Under the pieces are notes generated by a model that did not search any database, was not told where the DNA came from, and saw nothing but the letters and a program-made list of their open reading frames with translations. From Squalus acanthias (Eukaryota), in the NCBI GenBank assembly GCA_030390025.1, contig CM059449.1:33852001-33916000 (forward strand): a stretch of DNA of 64,000 bases. Reading direction: 5' to 3'. Of the stretch, positions 63,860 to 64,000 are shown one piece after another. The position numbers were made by a program, and so were the translations under genes. Positions within the stretch are counted from its first letter, which is position 1. Each line of letters starts with the position of its first letter.

Positions 63860-64000
63860 CCAGGAAATGGAGGGAGCTCACCTCTCTTTGAATACTGCCA
63901 TAGAGACTTTAACGTGACCCAGAACAGAAAGATGGCTCCTGGGTCAATGTATCACTCCAACAATTTCCCCCGTGACAAAGTGGCGCTCCTTCAGTGAGAC
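63860..64000 (-). mobile_element. Possible degenerate DeuSINE-type fragment
   Basis: tttgaatactgccatagagactttaacgt...gcgctccttcagt resembles the central domain of that family; recognised from memory only. Confidence 0.35.

Overview
Eukaryotic, repeat-rich vertebrate DNA. The repeat families and the GPR139/GPR142-like tandem array suggest a cartilaginous fish (inference). The host scaffold is a + strand cluster of four two-exon class A GPCR paralogues: one intact (12512-15333); one decayed and cut by a transposon (34738-36283); one 3'-half fragment fused to a CR1 end (48159-48764); and one whose only reading-frame lesions are two TGA codons, both at Cys positions (58699-61854). The cluster is packed with PIF/Harbinger elements. 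Four carry a DDE transposase and a convergent three-exon Myb/SANT-like gene, a fifth is truncated, seven are 500-780 bp MITEs, and there are many older ~180 bp palindromic MITEs. Also present are CR1 and L2 LINE fragments, SINE remnants, Penelope pieces with minimal hammerhead ribozymes, a decayed viral envelope gene, two 54-bp minisatellites and an N-masked TATC microsatellite. The most unusual signal is in the MITEs. They are chains of hairpins with compensatory substitutions between copies, with promoter motifs and three conserved 5' splice sites, which suggests a structured, transcribed Harbinger-associated RNA cassette. Everything was read by eye, so repeat boundaries are approximate unless a TIR or TSD is quoted. 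No rRNA, tRNA or CRISPR array was seen.
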